The notes below the pieces were generated by a model. That model saw nothing but the letters and a program-made list of their open reading frames with translations. It was not told the DNA's origin and did no database searches. This document shows, piece after piece, positions 9,584-19,487 of a stretch of 64,000 bases of DNA. Position 1 is the first letter of the stretch, and each line of letters starts with the position of its first letter. Made by a program: the position numbers and the translations under genes. The stretch covers positions 186,001 to 250,000 of IMG/VR virus record IMGVR_UViG_3300023184_000025; one strand, written 5' to 3'.

Positions 9584-10210
9584 TCAAATCTTGAGATCTT
9601 TGATGAGCTTAGTAATTTCGCCCTTCAAATATCTCTGTACTTTGTTGTCCTGGCCAGCGTCACGTGCTATTTCTAGCACACGATGTCCGTATTTCATATT
9701 CATCAAGCCTTCATAGATGGCTTTTGGATATGCGTTAGGCGCACTGGGTTGGGCAACCACATCTACAGTAACTATTTCAAAGTCACTGACATGTCCGTTG
9801 GCCTCGTTTACGTTTCCGGAACCGCGGCTCGAAACTCCTAATTTAACACCACTTTCCAACATAGTTTTAACTAGTTGACCCATTGGTGTTGGTAAAATTT
9901 TTAACTTTCCGAATCCGTTTGGACCATCCATCCACATAGATGTGATCATATGGCTAACTCGGTCAAGATTAATTTTAAGATCGTCTGGGTGATCTACTTC
10001 ACCCATAACAGAATAGCCATTGGTAATCTGTTCATTTAACGTGCCAACAGCACGTTCAATTTCGTTAACTGGGTACACACGTTCGTTGGCGTTTTTAACT
10101 CCGCCCTGAATGCAGATTCCTACCATGTGGAGATCCTTACCTTCACCCGAGCCTTCAACAATAATGTTGGCCTGGTTAAAGGTAAGATTTTCTCTAAGGT
10201 AAAGAGCCAT
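9584..10210 (-). CDS. gp21: Prohead protease (gp21-like)
   Basis: NANERVYP, GEVDHP, VSH, GVSSRGSG and DVVAQPSAPNAY motifs. Confidence 0.95.
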   Translation of the reverse strand: MALYLRENLTFNQANIIVEGSGEGKDLHMVGICIQGGVKNANERVYPVNEIERAVGTLNEQITNGYSVMGEVDHPDDLKINLDRVSHMITSMWMDGPNGFGKLKILPTPMGQLVKTMLESGVKLGVSSRGSGNVNEANGHVSDFEIVTVDVVAQPSAPNAYPKAIYEGLMNMKYGHRVLEIARDAGQDNKVQRYLKGEITKLIKDLKI

Positions 10211-10222
10211 TACCTGTTGTCC

Positions 10223-11038
10223 TTACTTGCCAATTACTGGCTTAGTATTAACACCAGCGGCTTGGCCTAATTGTGGCTTTGTAGCTGGAGTTGGTCTTTG
10301 AGTTGATTGTGCTGGTGTGTTACCAACTTTACCAATCAAGTCTTTAGTGGCGTTTTTGTATGCGGCTGTGTCGTGATGACCACCTTCGTTAGCACCGGCA
10401 TGCACTGGCTTGGCCATTGCACCACGTGCGCCACTGTTGGCAGCTACTACACTTTTCTTGTTGTTAGCTTCTTCACTGTTGTTTGGTTTTGCAACAGCTT
10501 TTAAAGTAACAGCTTCCTGGAACATACCTTCAGTTTCAAACTCGTCATCAACAACTTCTTCGTCGCTCATGCCGTCGTCACCCATGTCGTCCATTCCGCC
10601 CATGTCATCCATGTCATCCATGTCATCACTGCCTTCGTCGTCACCCATTAGGCTTTCAAATTCGGCCATTAGTTCGTCTAGTTTGTCTTCAAGGTTAACC
10701 ACACGGTCTTCAAGATTTTCTGCAGACTCTTCGTCTTCCATGCCTTCTTCGCCGTCGTCTTCGCCTTCAAAGCTTAAACCTTCTTCTTCAACTTCAATAT
10801 CATCAATCAGATCGTCGGCTTGATCACCGCCCATGTCGGCTTCGTCAAGTTCTTCTTCTGATTCATCTAATTCTTCGCCATCGGACTCTTCGTCTTTAGC
10901 TTCTTCAAGGTCCTCTTCTTCCATCATTTCTTCATAGATGGCACGACTTTTTTCTACAACAATGTTGTGGAAAAGCTCGCGAGCTTTGTCAGTTTCGTCA
11001 TTAATGACGTATTCAATTAATTGTTCAAATTTACTCAT
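10223..11038 (-). CDS. Acidic prohead core/internal protein
   Basis: ATG at 11038 with a GGAGG RBS (preferred over TTG 11050); very D/E-rich; several L-x-E sites matching the gp21 cleavage consensus; lies between portal and protease. Confidence 0.7.
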   Translation of the reverse strand: MSKFEQLIEYVINDETDKARELFHNIVVEKSRAIYEEMMEEEDLEEAKDEESDGEELDESEEELDEADMGGDQADDLIDDIEVEEEGLSFEGEDDGEEGMEDEESAENLEDRVVNLEDKLDELMAEFESLMGDDEGSDDMDDMDDMGGMDDMGDDGMSDEEVVDDEFETEGMFQEAVTLKAVAKPNNSEEANNKKSVVAANSGARGAMAKPVHAGANEGGHHDTAAYKNATKDLIGKVGNTPAQSTQRPTPATKPQLGQAAGVNTKPVIGK

Positions 11039-11150
11039 AAGATCCTCCAATGTAAATGGCTCTGTGCTTTATTTAAGACAGATGCAATAAACTGGGCAGT
11101 TATATAGTAAATTTTTGCACTTTTTGACAGAAATATTAAAATTTTGTCAA

Positions 11151-11369
11151 TTATGCCATTGGTTGCGCCGGAGGGGCATATTGTTGCTGAACTTTTTTAA
11201 GTTTTTCTTTGAACTCATAGGTACGAACATCGTTCATACGTCGAAGCTTATTAATCTGTCGTAGAGTTAACTTAGTCTTGCGAAGGTCTCCTAATTTGGG
11301 TTGGGAGTTGTCTTGTGCAAGGTCTTGATAAGCGTCTGGGCTACGTTGATAAACTTCATTTAATATCAT
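11151..11369 (-). CDS. Small conserved head-module protein
   Basis: 72 aa, starts MILNE, RKTKLTLRQINKLR motif; TAAATA box at 11375-11380. Confidence 0.7.
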   Translation of the reverse strand: MILNEVYQRSPDAYQDLAQDNSQPKLGDLRKTKLTLRQINKLRRMNDVRTYEFKEKLKKVQQQYAPPAQPMA

Positions 11370-11377
11370 AATGATAT

Positions 11378-13147
11378 TTATCCTGCTGGTGTAGGACCAG
11401 GTGGTGTGATACCTGCGGCAGGCTGAGATCCAGGGGCCAGGCCAGCTTCTGCACCAAGATCTGGAGTTGCTTGCGCATCAGCCATTTCTTCACCGGTTTG
11501 AATATCAGTTTCAAAATCAGCTGGTGTAACGCCCACACTACGTAGATCCTGACCAGTTGAGCCCGGAGCATCAGGTTGTGCTCGCTCTTGATGCCAGAGT
11601 TCTTCATTTTCTGCAATTTCTTCTTCGGACAAGCCAAGGTAACGTTTTAATAAGAAACGTTTTGCTAGATAAGGAACTTGTTCTAATGCACCAAACGTGC
11701 TGACTCTTGTGGTATCTAATTCAGCTTCGCGGTAACTGGCAAAGTTCTGTGGCGGATTAAACTCAATACTGAATAGCCCTGAGTCAATATTAAATCCTCT
11801 CCAACGCATGAACATTTTGAATTCATCGTCAAGTTTTTCTACAACTAAACGCTGTAGTCGTTCACAGTACTGGTTAAAACGGTATTCTTGTATGAGCGCA
11901 GTACCCACACGACCATCATTCATTGGACGGTCGCTGTCGTCAGGACCAGTGGGTAAGTAACTGCTGGGCACACGCAACCCACGACACATCTTGTTGTTAA
12001 AATACTTTAAATCGTCAATTTCGCCAAGATTTGAACCACCAGGTAATGTATCTACGCTACTGCCACGACCGTCTGCTGTTTGTGGAAAGAAGTAATCTTC
12101 GTTGATACTCAACGGGTTATAGCTCGAATCCATGACATTTTGTCCGCCACCGGTATGACTAGGAATTCTACGTTGGTGAATTTCGTTTTTAACTCGTTCA
12201 ACAAAGGCCATAGCCATGTGACTTGGCATGTTACCCACATCAATTTTAAAAATTCTACGTTCTGGTGCACGACTCACACGATAGATCAGCACTGAATCTT
12301 CTAGCAGTTCTTTTTGCTTGAACACACGGAAAATTGTTTCCAGTACACTCATACCAAACGGCCAATAAAAGTCTAGGCCTTCACTTAAACTCAGGTGTAC
12401 TACATGTTTTGCATCAATAACTGTTTCGTTCATTGCGGCACTAAATCTATTACCGCCCGACCCGCCCGCACCAGCATTGGGTGCTGAATAGTTGTAAGGT
12501 GCTGTGTATCCAGTTGACGGTGGATTACTCTGAAAATCTGTTGTGGTTTTAACTGCTATTGAAAGATTTTGAAAGTTGGGATTGATGTCGCGAATTACAT
12601 ACTGTTCGGGTCGTTTGCCTTCGCTTTCGTTCACAATCACACGAGCCACTTTGGTCATGTCTACCCAGTACATTTCAAATGTTTCTGGATCGCGCACAAA
12701 CACTTGATCTCCGTATTTTAATGTGTTACGGAAAATACGGAACATGCGCTGATCTAACTTATTGAGCTTGACCCATTGCTGAAGCTGTTGCTTGATAATA
12801 CTAATTTCATTGTCTGTGGGAGTTTCGTTGTACTGTACTTCAAAAGGAGTTGAGTTGTTTTCGTTCTTTTGAGTAGAAAATTCTGCCAGAATATCAAGAC
12901 AAGCATTGATTTCACTGTCACTGTCCATGTTTTCGTATTGGTTATAACGCTCAACACGATTTGGATGGCCAGTGTAGACTTCTGGTAATCTGCTGGCATA
13001 GTTTCTATAAACAATGTCAGCATGTCCTTTCATGGGATCTTGACCATTGTTACGACCGTAGCCAGGAAGTCCATCTGAACCTTTTCCTGATAGAGGACTT
13101 AGTTCACCATTTGAGTTAGCAACTTTAAAATATTTTTTCCAAGACAT
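11378..13147 (-). CDS. gp20: Portal protein (gp20-like)
   Basis: LLEDSVLIYRVSRAPERRIFKIDVGNMP, EDYFFP, TLPGGSNLGEIDDLKYF motifs. Confidence 0.96.
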   Translation of the reverse strand: MSWKKYFKVANSNGELSPLSGKGSDGLPGYGRNNGQDPMKGHADIVYRNYASRLPEVYTGHPNRVERYNQYENMDSDSEINACLDILAEFSTQKNENNSTPFEVQYNETPTDNEISIIKQQLQQWVKLNKLDQRMFRIFRNTLKYGDQVFVRDPETFEMYWVDMTKVARVIVNESEGKRPEQYVIRDINPNFQNLSIAVKTTTDFQSNPPSTGYTAPYNYSAPNAGAGGSGGNRFSAAMNETVIDAKHVVHLSLSEGLDFYWPFGMSVLETIFRVFKQKELLEDSVLIYRVSRAPERRIFKIDVGNMPSHMAMAFVERVKNEIHQRRIPSHTGGGQNVMDSSYNPLSINEDYFFPQTADGRGSSVDTLPGGSNLGEIDDLKYFNNKMCRGLRVPSSYLPTGPDDSDRPMNDGRVGTALIQEYRFNQYCERLQRLVVEKLDDEFKMFMRWRGFNIDSGLFSIEFNPPQNFASYREAELDTTRVSTFGALEQVPYLAKRFLLKRYLGLSEEEIAENEELWHQERAQPDAPGSTGQDLRSVGVTPADFETDIQTGEEMADAQATPDLGAEAGLAPGSQPAAGITPPGPTPAG

Positions 13148-13163
13148 AGTGTTATATTTACCG

Positions 13164-16100
13164 TTAGTTTTGACTTACTTGAAGTATTTTACTACTGATA
13201 TTAACATTGTCTCGTTGAGCCTGTACCATTTCTTGGATGGCACCAATCAACTCAGGTGTCACTGCATTGCCTTGAGTAGACTGTTGGGTGAACATTTCTT
13301 TAAAAGAATTTGTAAACTTTTCTAGTATTCCTGTAACTTTATCTTCTGTGGCAGTCTGTGTATTTTCCTGCAGACCTTTGACTAGTTCTGTGATTACTTT
13401 TGAATTTTCATCAAATAAGTTTTGCTTGCCAACTTCGCCTGTTTGCCAATCTCCAGTGCCCCAGCCTGTTCTAATCTGTTGCCGTTTGACATAATCTTCA
13501 GCTAACACTTCCATTCTAGACAACGGGTCTTCAATACTGCCGCCGGCCATTTTTCCAGCCTTGATTGCGGCACTATCCTGTTGTCTAATCATTTCTCTGA
13601 TTAGATCGTACTGGCCTCTCAGTGCTTTTGATTCTTCGGTTTGTGGGCCGTTTAGTCCTTGCACACCAATGTCGTTTTGTGCTGAAAATACTTTTCCTTC
13701 CGGTGTTGCCAACATGGCCCGCATGAAATCGCCAGGTTCCATTTTGCCATAGTTGAACTGTTTTTTCATCTCTGGCATGGCAGCAAACATTTCGTCTACT
13801 GCCATACTGAGCTTATCAGCAACACTTCCTAATTCAATAGCAAGGCCACCGCTTTGCTTGTCTACAGTCATTCCGGGGATTAATGTTCTAAATGCATCTC
13901 CGTATGTTTCGACTAATTGTTGTATGCTAGGCGGTTCAAATTTAACTGGTTCAATTGACAACGACTTGGACATGTCCCTGATTGCACTGGTAATTTGATC
14001 ACCAATGGTGTTTCTGTCAGGTGCCAGTGATGTAGTCATTTCATCAACAATATTAGATATGTCAATGCTGTCTGATTTTGACGGGTTCAAAGTTTTGAAC
14101 ATGTCTTTGTATGCTTCAATCAACTGCTGTCTATCCGGCTTGTCAAATTTAACTGGTATGCTCTTACCATCTGACATTGGAATAACTGCTTCTGTGCCGT
14201 GCAATGTTGCAGGATATCCTTTTGTTGGTCCTGAAAATACACCACCATCTGCCGCAGATACAATTTTTCCAGTTTTAAATCCTTCAACTCTGCTGATGGC
14301 TTCTAGCATCTGTTGACGCTGACCTGAATCAAGTTGATTTAATATAGTACTAGGATCAACGCCAACTGCACCCGCTACAGATTTAATATAAGCCGCTGTG
14401 TTGTTTTCATTGGGAGGTGCATATCTGCTAAGGGCATCAGTAATGCTTAAATTAGCATATTTTGATTTTAATCCAAACAGCAACTCTTCTTTGGCTTTGG
14501 TTCCATCGGCTAGTGTTGGAAATACTGCAAAGCGTCCGTCAGACCCAACTGCGCCAAACGACCGTGCAAATGCACCCATTTCTAGGTTGCCAGGATTATT
14601 GTTTCTCCAGTTACGTACACCTTCTCTGCGTTGCTTTTCGTCGTCTGTGGCTTGTACTTCTGTGAATCCTGGACCTGATCCTGTTACTGCTTTAATAGGT
14701 TTGTCTGTAGTAGCTTTGCCACCCATTGATCTGGTTTCAGGTCCGGTGCCTCCGCCAGGCTTACCTTGTGCCCCTGGCCCTACTGGTTCTCCACCACTAT
14801 AACCACTGCCGCGGCCTGCACCGGCGGTGCTAGTTCCTGGAGGACCAGCAGGTGCTGCCTGACCACCGCCTAAATATTTCTTAGTACCGGCATCGCCACG
14901 CCCAGTTTTTTCTAGTTCTGCAGTATCTGATGCAACACGTTCTTCTTTGGCTGCTCCGGCAATGCCTTTAATACGTGAACCTACGCTTTTAACCCCAACC
15001 AAACTAACTACATCACCCAGTGCATCGCCAAGATTTTCAATTGCTTTTGCAGTGGCAATACTAGCTTTTTCTGTTAGTTTGGCTTTTTCCCAATTGGCAT
15101 CGTCTTGCTTTGCAACTAGTTCTGCTCGTGATTTTTGATCAGCTAACAATTTGTCAGGATTCACTGCTAGGTCCGCCGCGGACACCGCGGTATCAGCCGC
15201 TGTTCGTCCAGGTCCTGCGCCGTCAGATGCACCACCAGCACCACCAGCAATTCCCGGAATTTCTATTCCTGTGGTCTTAGAAACAAATTTTAAGAATTCA
15301 TTTAATGAAGTTGTAAATCCAGAAATAGCAGTGGCCGCTGCCGGCATCAGTGTGAAGCCTAGATTTTGAATCTGCCGACTCATCTGCTCCATGTTTTTCT
15401 GAGCTTCAACTGTTTTGTTAGTTAACTCGTCTTGTCCAGCAACCTGTGCATCCTGCGCTTTTTTAGCTTTTAATACACCGTCAGCCATTGTGGCATTGTT
15501 TAGGTCACTGAGTTCTGAATATTTTAAGAACGTGCCTGTGCCGTCACCTAATGCCTTGGAATAATCTCGCTGAGTTTGAACGTTGTCTCGTGTGGCATTC
15601 TGTAACTCTTGTATAGCTTGATCTCTAGTGATTTCCCCAGCTTTTAGTCGTTCAATGATATCTGGCAGTTGACCTGCGGTGCTGTTAAATCCTTTTATTG
15701 CGGCATCGCTATTTGTCATGCCCGTTGATTGGTCACGAATTGCCTGCCCTAGTTCAGGAGCAATTTTACTAATCTGAGTTTGGAAGTCTAACAGTTCTTT
15801 GGCAGCGTCTTCTTGACCATTGGCCACCATTTCGTCATACTGAGCACGGAATCTACCTTCGCTGAGTGCCGCATCCTGTTGAGCTTGAATTTCTTTTCTG
15901 CTCATGCCAGTTAACTTGGTCAACTGATCTAGTTCTTTGGCGTATTCTACAGCACCTTGTGATAGTTGCTTTTGTGTCTTGTTCTGTGCTAGACCAAGTC
16001 GTGTTTGCTGTGCAACATAAGCAGCCGATGCTTCGCCTATTGTATCTGCACTAAAACCAATTCTACGTAGTTCGTCGCCGGCTTTGCTGTCAACAATACC

Positions 16101-16652
16101 ACCAACAATCTTGCTAAATTCATCAGCACCATCAGCAGTTAGCCCACGGAATCTGGCTAAGGAAGCTGAATTTTCTTTGATTGATTTTTGGAAGCCGTTT
16201 AGGCTCATGCCAGAACGTAGGAACTGCTCCTGAACGCCGGACATGCCTTTGGCAGTTACTGCACCTACGTCACTTAAATCTTGGAATGTTTGAGTAGTTT
16301 TCTGTAACTGCTCAATGACAAATTTTGTACTTTCAGCGGTGACTTTTACAGCCGCGCTCATTGCTTCGCCAGCAAACGGTATGGCTTTGGCCATACCTCC
16401 CAGTGCATTACTAACCGAATCAATTAAGGGATTTAACTGTGTAAATCCTTTTGATCCATCTCCTATATCAGCGGTGAATCGGCCCAGTGATTTGGTTACT
16501 TCTTTTGAACCTTCTTTCAGCGCCAATTTAAATTGATCTAAATTTTTACTAGATCCGTTTAGAGCCGTGTTTAATTTTTTCAACTCTTCATCGGTGAGCT
16601 GGGCACCAGATCTAAGTTTGTCAAAGAGGGCTTGTAATTCTTGTTCGTCCAT
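13164..16652 (-). CDS. Tape-measure-like tail protein with a putative peptidoglycan hydrolase domain
   Basis: Long helical A/Q/K-rich protein; RNWRNNNPGNL...YAPPNENNTAAY lysozyme-like domain; ADGGVFSGP...LHGTEAVIP motif. Confidence 0.75.
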   Translation of the reverse strand: MDEQELQALFDKLRSGAQLTDEELKKLNTALNGSSKNLDQFKLALKEGSKEVTKSLGRFTADIGDGSKGFTQLNPLIDSVSNALGGMAKAIPFAGEAMSAAVKVTAESTKFVIEQLQKTTQTFQDLSDVGAVTAKGMSGVQEQFLRSGMSLNGFQKSIKENSASLARFRGLTADGADEFSKIVGGIVDSKAGDELRRIGFSADTIGEASAAYVAQQTRLGLAQNKTQKQLSQGAVEYAKELDQLTKLTGMSRKEIQAQQDAALSEGRFRAQYDEMVANGQEDAAKELLDFQTQISKIAPELGQAIRDQSTGMTNSDAAIKGFNSTAGQLPDIIERLKAGEITRDQAIQELQNATRDNVQTQRDYSKALGDGTGTFLKYSELSDLNNATMADGVLKAKKAQDAQVAGQDELTNKTVEAQKNMEQMSRQIQNLGFTLMPAAATAISGFTTSLNEFLKFVSKTTGIEIPGIAGGAGGASDGAGPGRTAADTAVSAADLAVNPDKLLADQKSRAELVAKQDDANWEKAKLTEKASIATAKAIENLGDALGDVVSLVGVKSVGSRIKGIAGAAKEERVASDTAELEKTGRGDAGTKKYLGGGQAAPAGPPGTSTAGAGRGSGYSGGEPVGPGAQGKPGGGTGPETRSMGGKATTDKPIKAVTGSGPGFTEVQATDDEKQRREGVRNWRNNNPGNLEMGAFARSFGAVGSDGRFAVFPTLADGTKAKEELLFGLKSKYANLSITDALSRYAPPNENNTAAYIKSVAGAVGVDPSTILNQLDSGQRQQMLEAISRVEGFKTGKIVSAADGGVFSGPTKGYPATLHGTEAVIPMSDGKSIPVKFDKPDRQQLIEAYKDMFKTLNPSKSDSIDISNIVDEMTTSLAPDRNTIGDQITSAIRDMSKSLSIEPVKFEPPSIQQLVETYGDAFRTLIPGMTVDKQSGGLAIELGSVADKLSMAVDEMFAAMPEMKKQFNYGKMEPGDFMRAMLATPEGKVFSAQNDIGVQGLNGPQTEESKALRGQYDLIREMIRQQDSAAIKAGKMAGGSIEDPLSRMEVLAEDYVKRQQIRTGWGTGDWQTGEVGKQNLFDENSKVITELVKGLQENTQTATEDKVTGILEKFTNSFKEMFTQQSTQGNAVTPELIGAIQEMVQAQRDNVNISSKILQVSQN

Positions 16653-16662
16653 AATGTAGGTG

Positions 16663-16682
16663 TATAAGTACTGATATATTTA
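16663..16682. promoter_or_regulatory. Divergent late promoter pair
   Basis: TATAAGTA (+, 16663-16670) and TAAATA (-, 16677-16682) in a 42-nt gap between divergent tail genes. Confidence 0.55.
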
Positions 16683-16694
16683 TGGTACCCAAAC

Positions 16695-17537
16695 ATGACA
16701 CAAACAGCTAACCCACTAAAGCAATACTTTAGACAACCGGCAATCTATATTAGATTGCCATCAAAAGGTAAATTCTGGAATAGTGAAGCAATTACTATTC
16801 CGCCCAATCAGGAAATTCCCATTTACCCAATGACCGCAGTTGATGAAATCACTACCAGAACACCCGATGCTTTGTTCAACGGGTCTGCCATGGTTAAGAT
16901 TTTTGAAAGTTGTTGTCCAAACATTAAAGATGCATGGCAGGTACCTAGTCTAGACGTTGATACGTTATTGGTAGCAATACGTATTGCCACTTACGGTCAT
17001 GGCATGGACATAGGTACCAAATGCCCCAGTTGTGAAAACGAAGATGAATATCAAATTGATCTTCGAGTAGTACTTGAAAATATTAATTCTCCTGACTATG
17101 ATGTTCCAGTCAAAATTGGAGACTTAGAAGTGTATTTTAAACCAATGACCTATCAGGAATTAAATTCAAATAGTCAGATTCAATTTGAAGATCAAAAACT
17201 AGTAGCAATGTTTCAGAATGCAGAAATACCCGAAGAAGAAAAACTAAAGCAGTTGGGCGAAGCATTTTTAAAAATTACCAGTCTTACAATTAGAAGCATT
17301 GCTCAGAGTATTGGCGTAATTAAAACACCAGGTGCTCAGGTCAACGAACAAGAATTTATTGTTGAGTTTTTGAACAACTGTGAAAAATCTGCGTTTGGTG
17401 CAATACGTGACCGTGCAATTCAACTCAAACAAGAAGCTGAACTAAAACCAATTAAAATTAAATGTACCAATTGTAGTAATGAGTATGATCAAAACTTTAC
17501 ATTGGATATGTCAAATTTTTTCGATTCCAACTCTTGA
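16695..17537 (+). CDS. gp26: Baseplate hub / tail assembly chaperone (gp26-like)
   Basis: YIRLPSKG, PMTAVDEI, LLVAIRIATYG, two CxxC motifs (CPSC, CTNC), ending DMSNFF. Confidence 0.8.
   Translation: MTQTANPLKQYFRQPAIYIRLPSKGKFWNSEAITIPPNQEIPIYPMTAVDEITTRTPDALFNGSAMVKIFESCCPNIKDAWQVPSLDVDTLLVAIRIATYGHGMDIGTKCPSCENEDEYQIDLRVVLENINSPDYDVPVKIGDLEVYFKPMTYQELNSNSQIQFEDQKLVAMFQNAEIPEEEKLKQLGEAFLKITSLTIRSIAQSIGVIKTPGAQVNEQEFIVEFLNNCEKSAFGAIRDRAIQLKQEAELKPIKIKCTNCSNEYDQNFTLDMSNFFDSNS
17516..17522 (+). promoter_or_regulatory. Candidate -1 ribosomal frameshift site T TTT TTC
   Basis: X XXY YYZ heptamer in the correct phase at codons 275-276 of the gp26-like gene; the -1 frame is open into ORF 17534-17752. 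Confidence 0.6.
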
Positions 17538-17752
17538 GCCTGGACTCTGACCGCGTCATCAAGCTTGTTGACCGGATGGAAAAAGAGTGTGATCAAATAC
17601 GTGAAGAGTCCATAAAGTTTGCATGGTACATGCGCGGCGGCCTGTCCTATGAGGATGCCATGTCGTTGGCACCAAACGAAAGAAAAATTATCAATAATTT
17701 GATTAAAGATAATTTAGACACTACTAAAAAATCTGGATTACCTTTCTTCTAA
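17534..17752 (+). CDS. Tail chaperone extension / gp51-like small ORF (probably the C-terminus of a frameshift fusion)
   Basis: WYMRGGLSYEDAMSLAPNER motif; weak TTG start; lies in the -1 frame overlapping the gp26-like gene end. Confidence 0.6.
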   Translation: MSLDSDRVIKLVDRMEKECDQIREESIKFAWYMRGGLSYEDAMSLAPNERKIINNLIKDNLDTTKKSGLPFF

Positions 17753-18258
17753 TGGAACTAGAACAAGTCAGACAAGATATAGAACTGTGGATTACAAACT
17801 TCTTAGAAGTTCCACATCCTGCATTAGGGGGATTTTCTCCTTGTCCTTATGCACGGTCAGCACGAGTAAAGAACAGCTATGCAGTTTATCTTGGAGCCGA
17901 TCCTTACTACGATCTTAAAAATTGTGGGCGTCAAGGCATGGGCAACCGAGAAGTTATTATCTATGTGTACGATCCAACAGAATGGTCACACGATATGCTT
18001 GCTGGTAGTATTGAATTGGTTAACAAGGAAGTACTGTTACCTAGAGACATGCTGGCACTAGAAGATCACCCAGATGATGTTGAAATGATCAATGGTGTGT
18101 GCATGAATCAAGGCACGTATGCATTAGCATTGGTACAAAGTCTAAGTGATTTAAACATCAAAGCCAAGCAAATGGCTGACAAAGGATTTTATCACAACTG
18201 GCCCGAAGACTATCTACAAGGCCTGTTTCACCACAGACAAGATCCAAGGAACCCATAA
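17752..18258 (+). CDS. DUF1415-like protein
   Basis: W...GGFSPCPYAR and LEDHPD motifs resemble the DUF1415 CPFA/FHP motifs. Confidence 0.5.
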   Translation: MELEQVRQDIELWITNFLEVPHPALGGFSPCPYARSARVKNSYAVYLGADPYYDLKNCGRQGMGNREVIIYVYDPTEWSHDMLAGSIELVNKEVLLPRDMLALEDHPDDVEMINGVCMNQGTYALALVQSLSDLNIKAKQMADKGFYHNWPEDYLQGLFHHRQDPRNP

Positions 18259-19487
18259 TGTATAGTGTACATCAACCCTGGGATCCGTTGCAAGTTTGTG
18301 TAGTGGGCAAAAGTTATCCTCCTGAGTTTTATAGCTTTATAAAAAATACACGATTACGCAGTTTGTTTGAACGTATTGCTACCGAAACCGAAGAAGACTT
18401 TGTAAATCTTGTGACATTGCTTGAAAAGTTCAATGTAAAGGTTGTAAGACCAAATGTACCCACAGTACAACTAGATCGGTTACTGACACAAAACCGACGG
18501 ATACCCGGTCCTGTTAGTATGATTCCAAGAGATCAAATGATCATGATTGGATCTGACTTTTTTGTGTTTCCATACGACAACATCAGCATAAAATCGTCCG
18601 GTCGAAGTATCATGCCTCCTAGTAATTGGACTAAAAAAAATTACAACAATTTCAAAGGGCCAGATTGGCCACAAGAATTTACTCCATTTGATCAGCTGCC
18701 AGTTTGGATACAAGAAGAATGTAAAAACTTTTTTCAGTTTGAGTTCAAGCCTGGTGACAATTCTGACGAAATTATATCCAAAGCCAGTGAGTTCGACTGG
18801 TGGGAACCAGTTACCAATCTTGTGAAGTCAGCCGGTAATCCAATAATTGAAAATCAATATCATGATATATTAAATCAAATTCCAACTAATGGAATCACCC
18901 GTATTGGAAAAGATTTATTTTTTGGGATATCTGAATCTGCCGATATCGACAAAATCAAAAAACTAACTGAACATTTTTTTCCAGACTTTAGAAATCATAT
19001 TGTGACCACTGGTGGACATATCGACGGTTGTTTTACTCCTGTTAAGCCTGGTCTTATTGTGAGTATAGAAGATATGCCTACCTATGCAGATACATTTCCT
19101 GGATGGGAAGTTGTATACCTAAGCGGAGAAGGCTGGAACAAAGTGAGATCATTTTTGGACCTTAAAGAAAAAAATCAAGGGCGTTGGTGGATCAAGGGTA
19201 GTGAATACGATGACGAACTGATTGAATATGTAGAAACATGGTTACAAGATTGGGTAGGGTATGTTGAGGAAAGTGTGTTTGATGTAAATATCCTTGTGAT
19301 CAATCAACAAAACGTGATTGTCAACAGCTACAATGAAAAAGCATTTGATGCTTTTGAACGTCACAATATAACTCCTCACATTTGCCCTTTAAGACACAGA
19401 TACTTCTGGGACGGTGGTGTACATTGTGTTACCTTGGACCTGGACCGAAAAGGTATCCAGCAAGATTTTTTTCCGGATAGAATATGA
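18258..19487 (+). CDS. Amidinotransferase (glycine/inosamine-phosphate amidinotransferase, pentein fold)
   Basis: WDPLQVCVVG, PRD, GGHIDG (His/Asp), FDVNILVI and GGVHCVTLDL (catalytic Cys). Confidence 0.88.
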   Translation: MYSVHQPWDPLQVCVVGKSYPPEFYSFIKNTRLRSLFERIATETEEDFVNLVTLLEKFNVKVVRPNVPTVQLDRLLTQNRRIPGPVSMIPRDQMIMIGSDFFVFPYDNISIKSSGRSIMPPSNWTKKNYNNFKGPDWPQEFTPFDQLPVWIQEECKNFFQFEFKPGDNSDEIISKASEFDWWEPVTNLVKSAGNPIIENQYHDILNQIPTNGITRIGKDLFFGISESADIDKIKKLTEHFFPDFRNHIVTTGGHIDGCFTPVKPGLIVSIEDMPTYADTFPGWEVVYLSGEGWNKVRSFLDLKEKNQGRWWIKGSEYDDELIEYVETWLQDWVGYVEESVFDVNILVINQQNVIVNSYNEKAFDAFERHNITPHICPLRHRYFWDGGVHCVTLDLDRKGIQQDFFPDRI

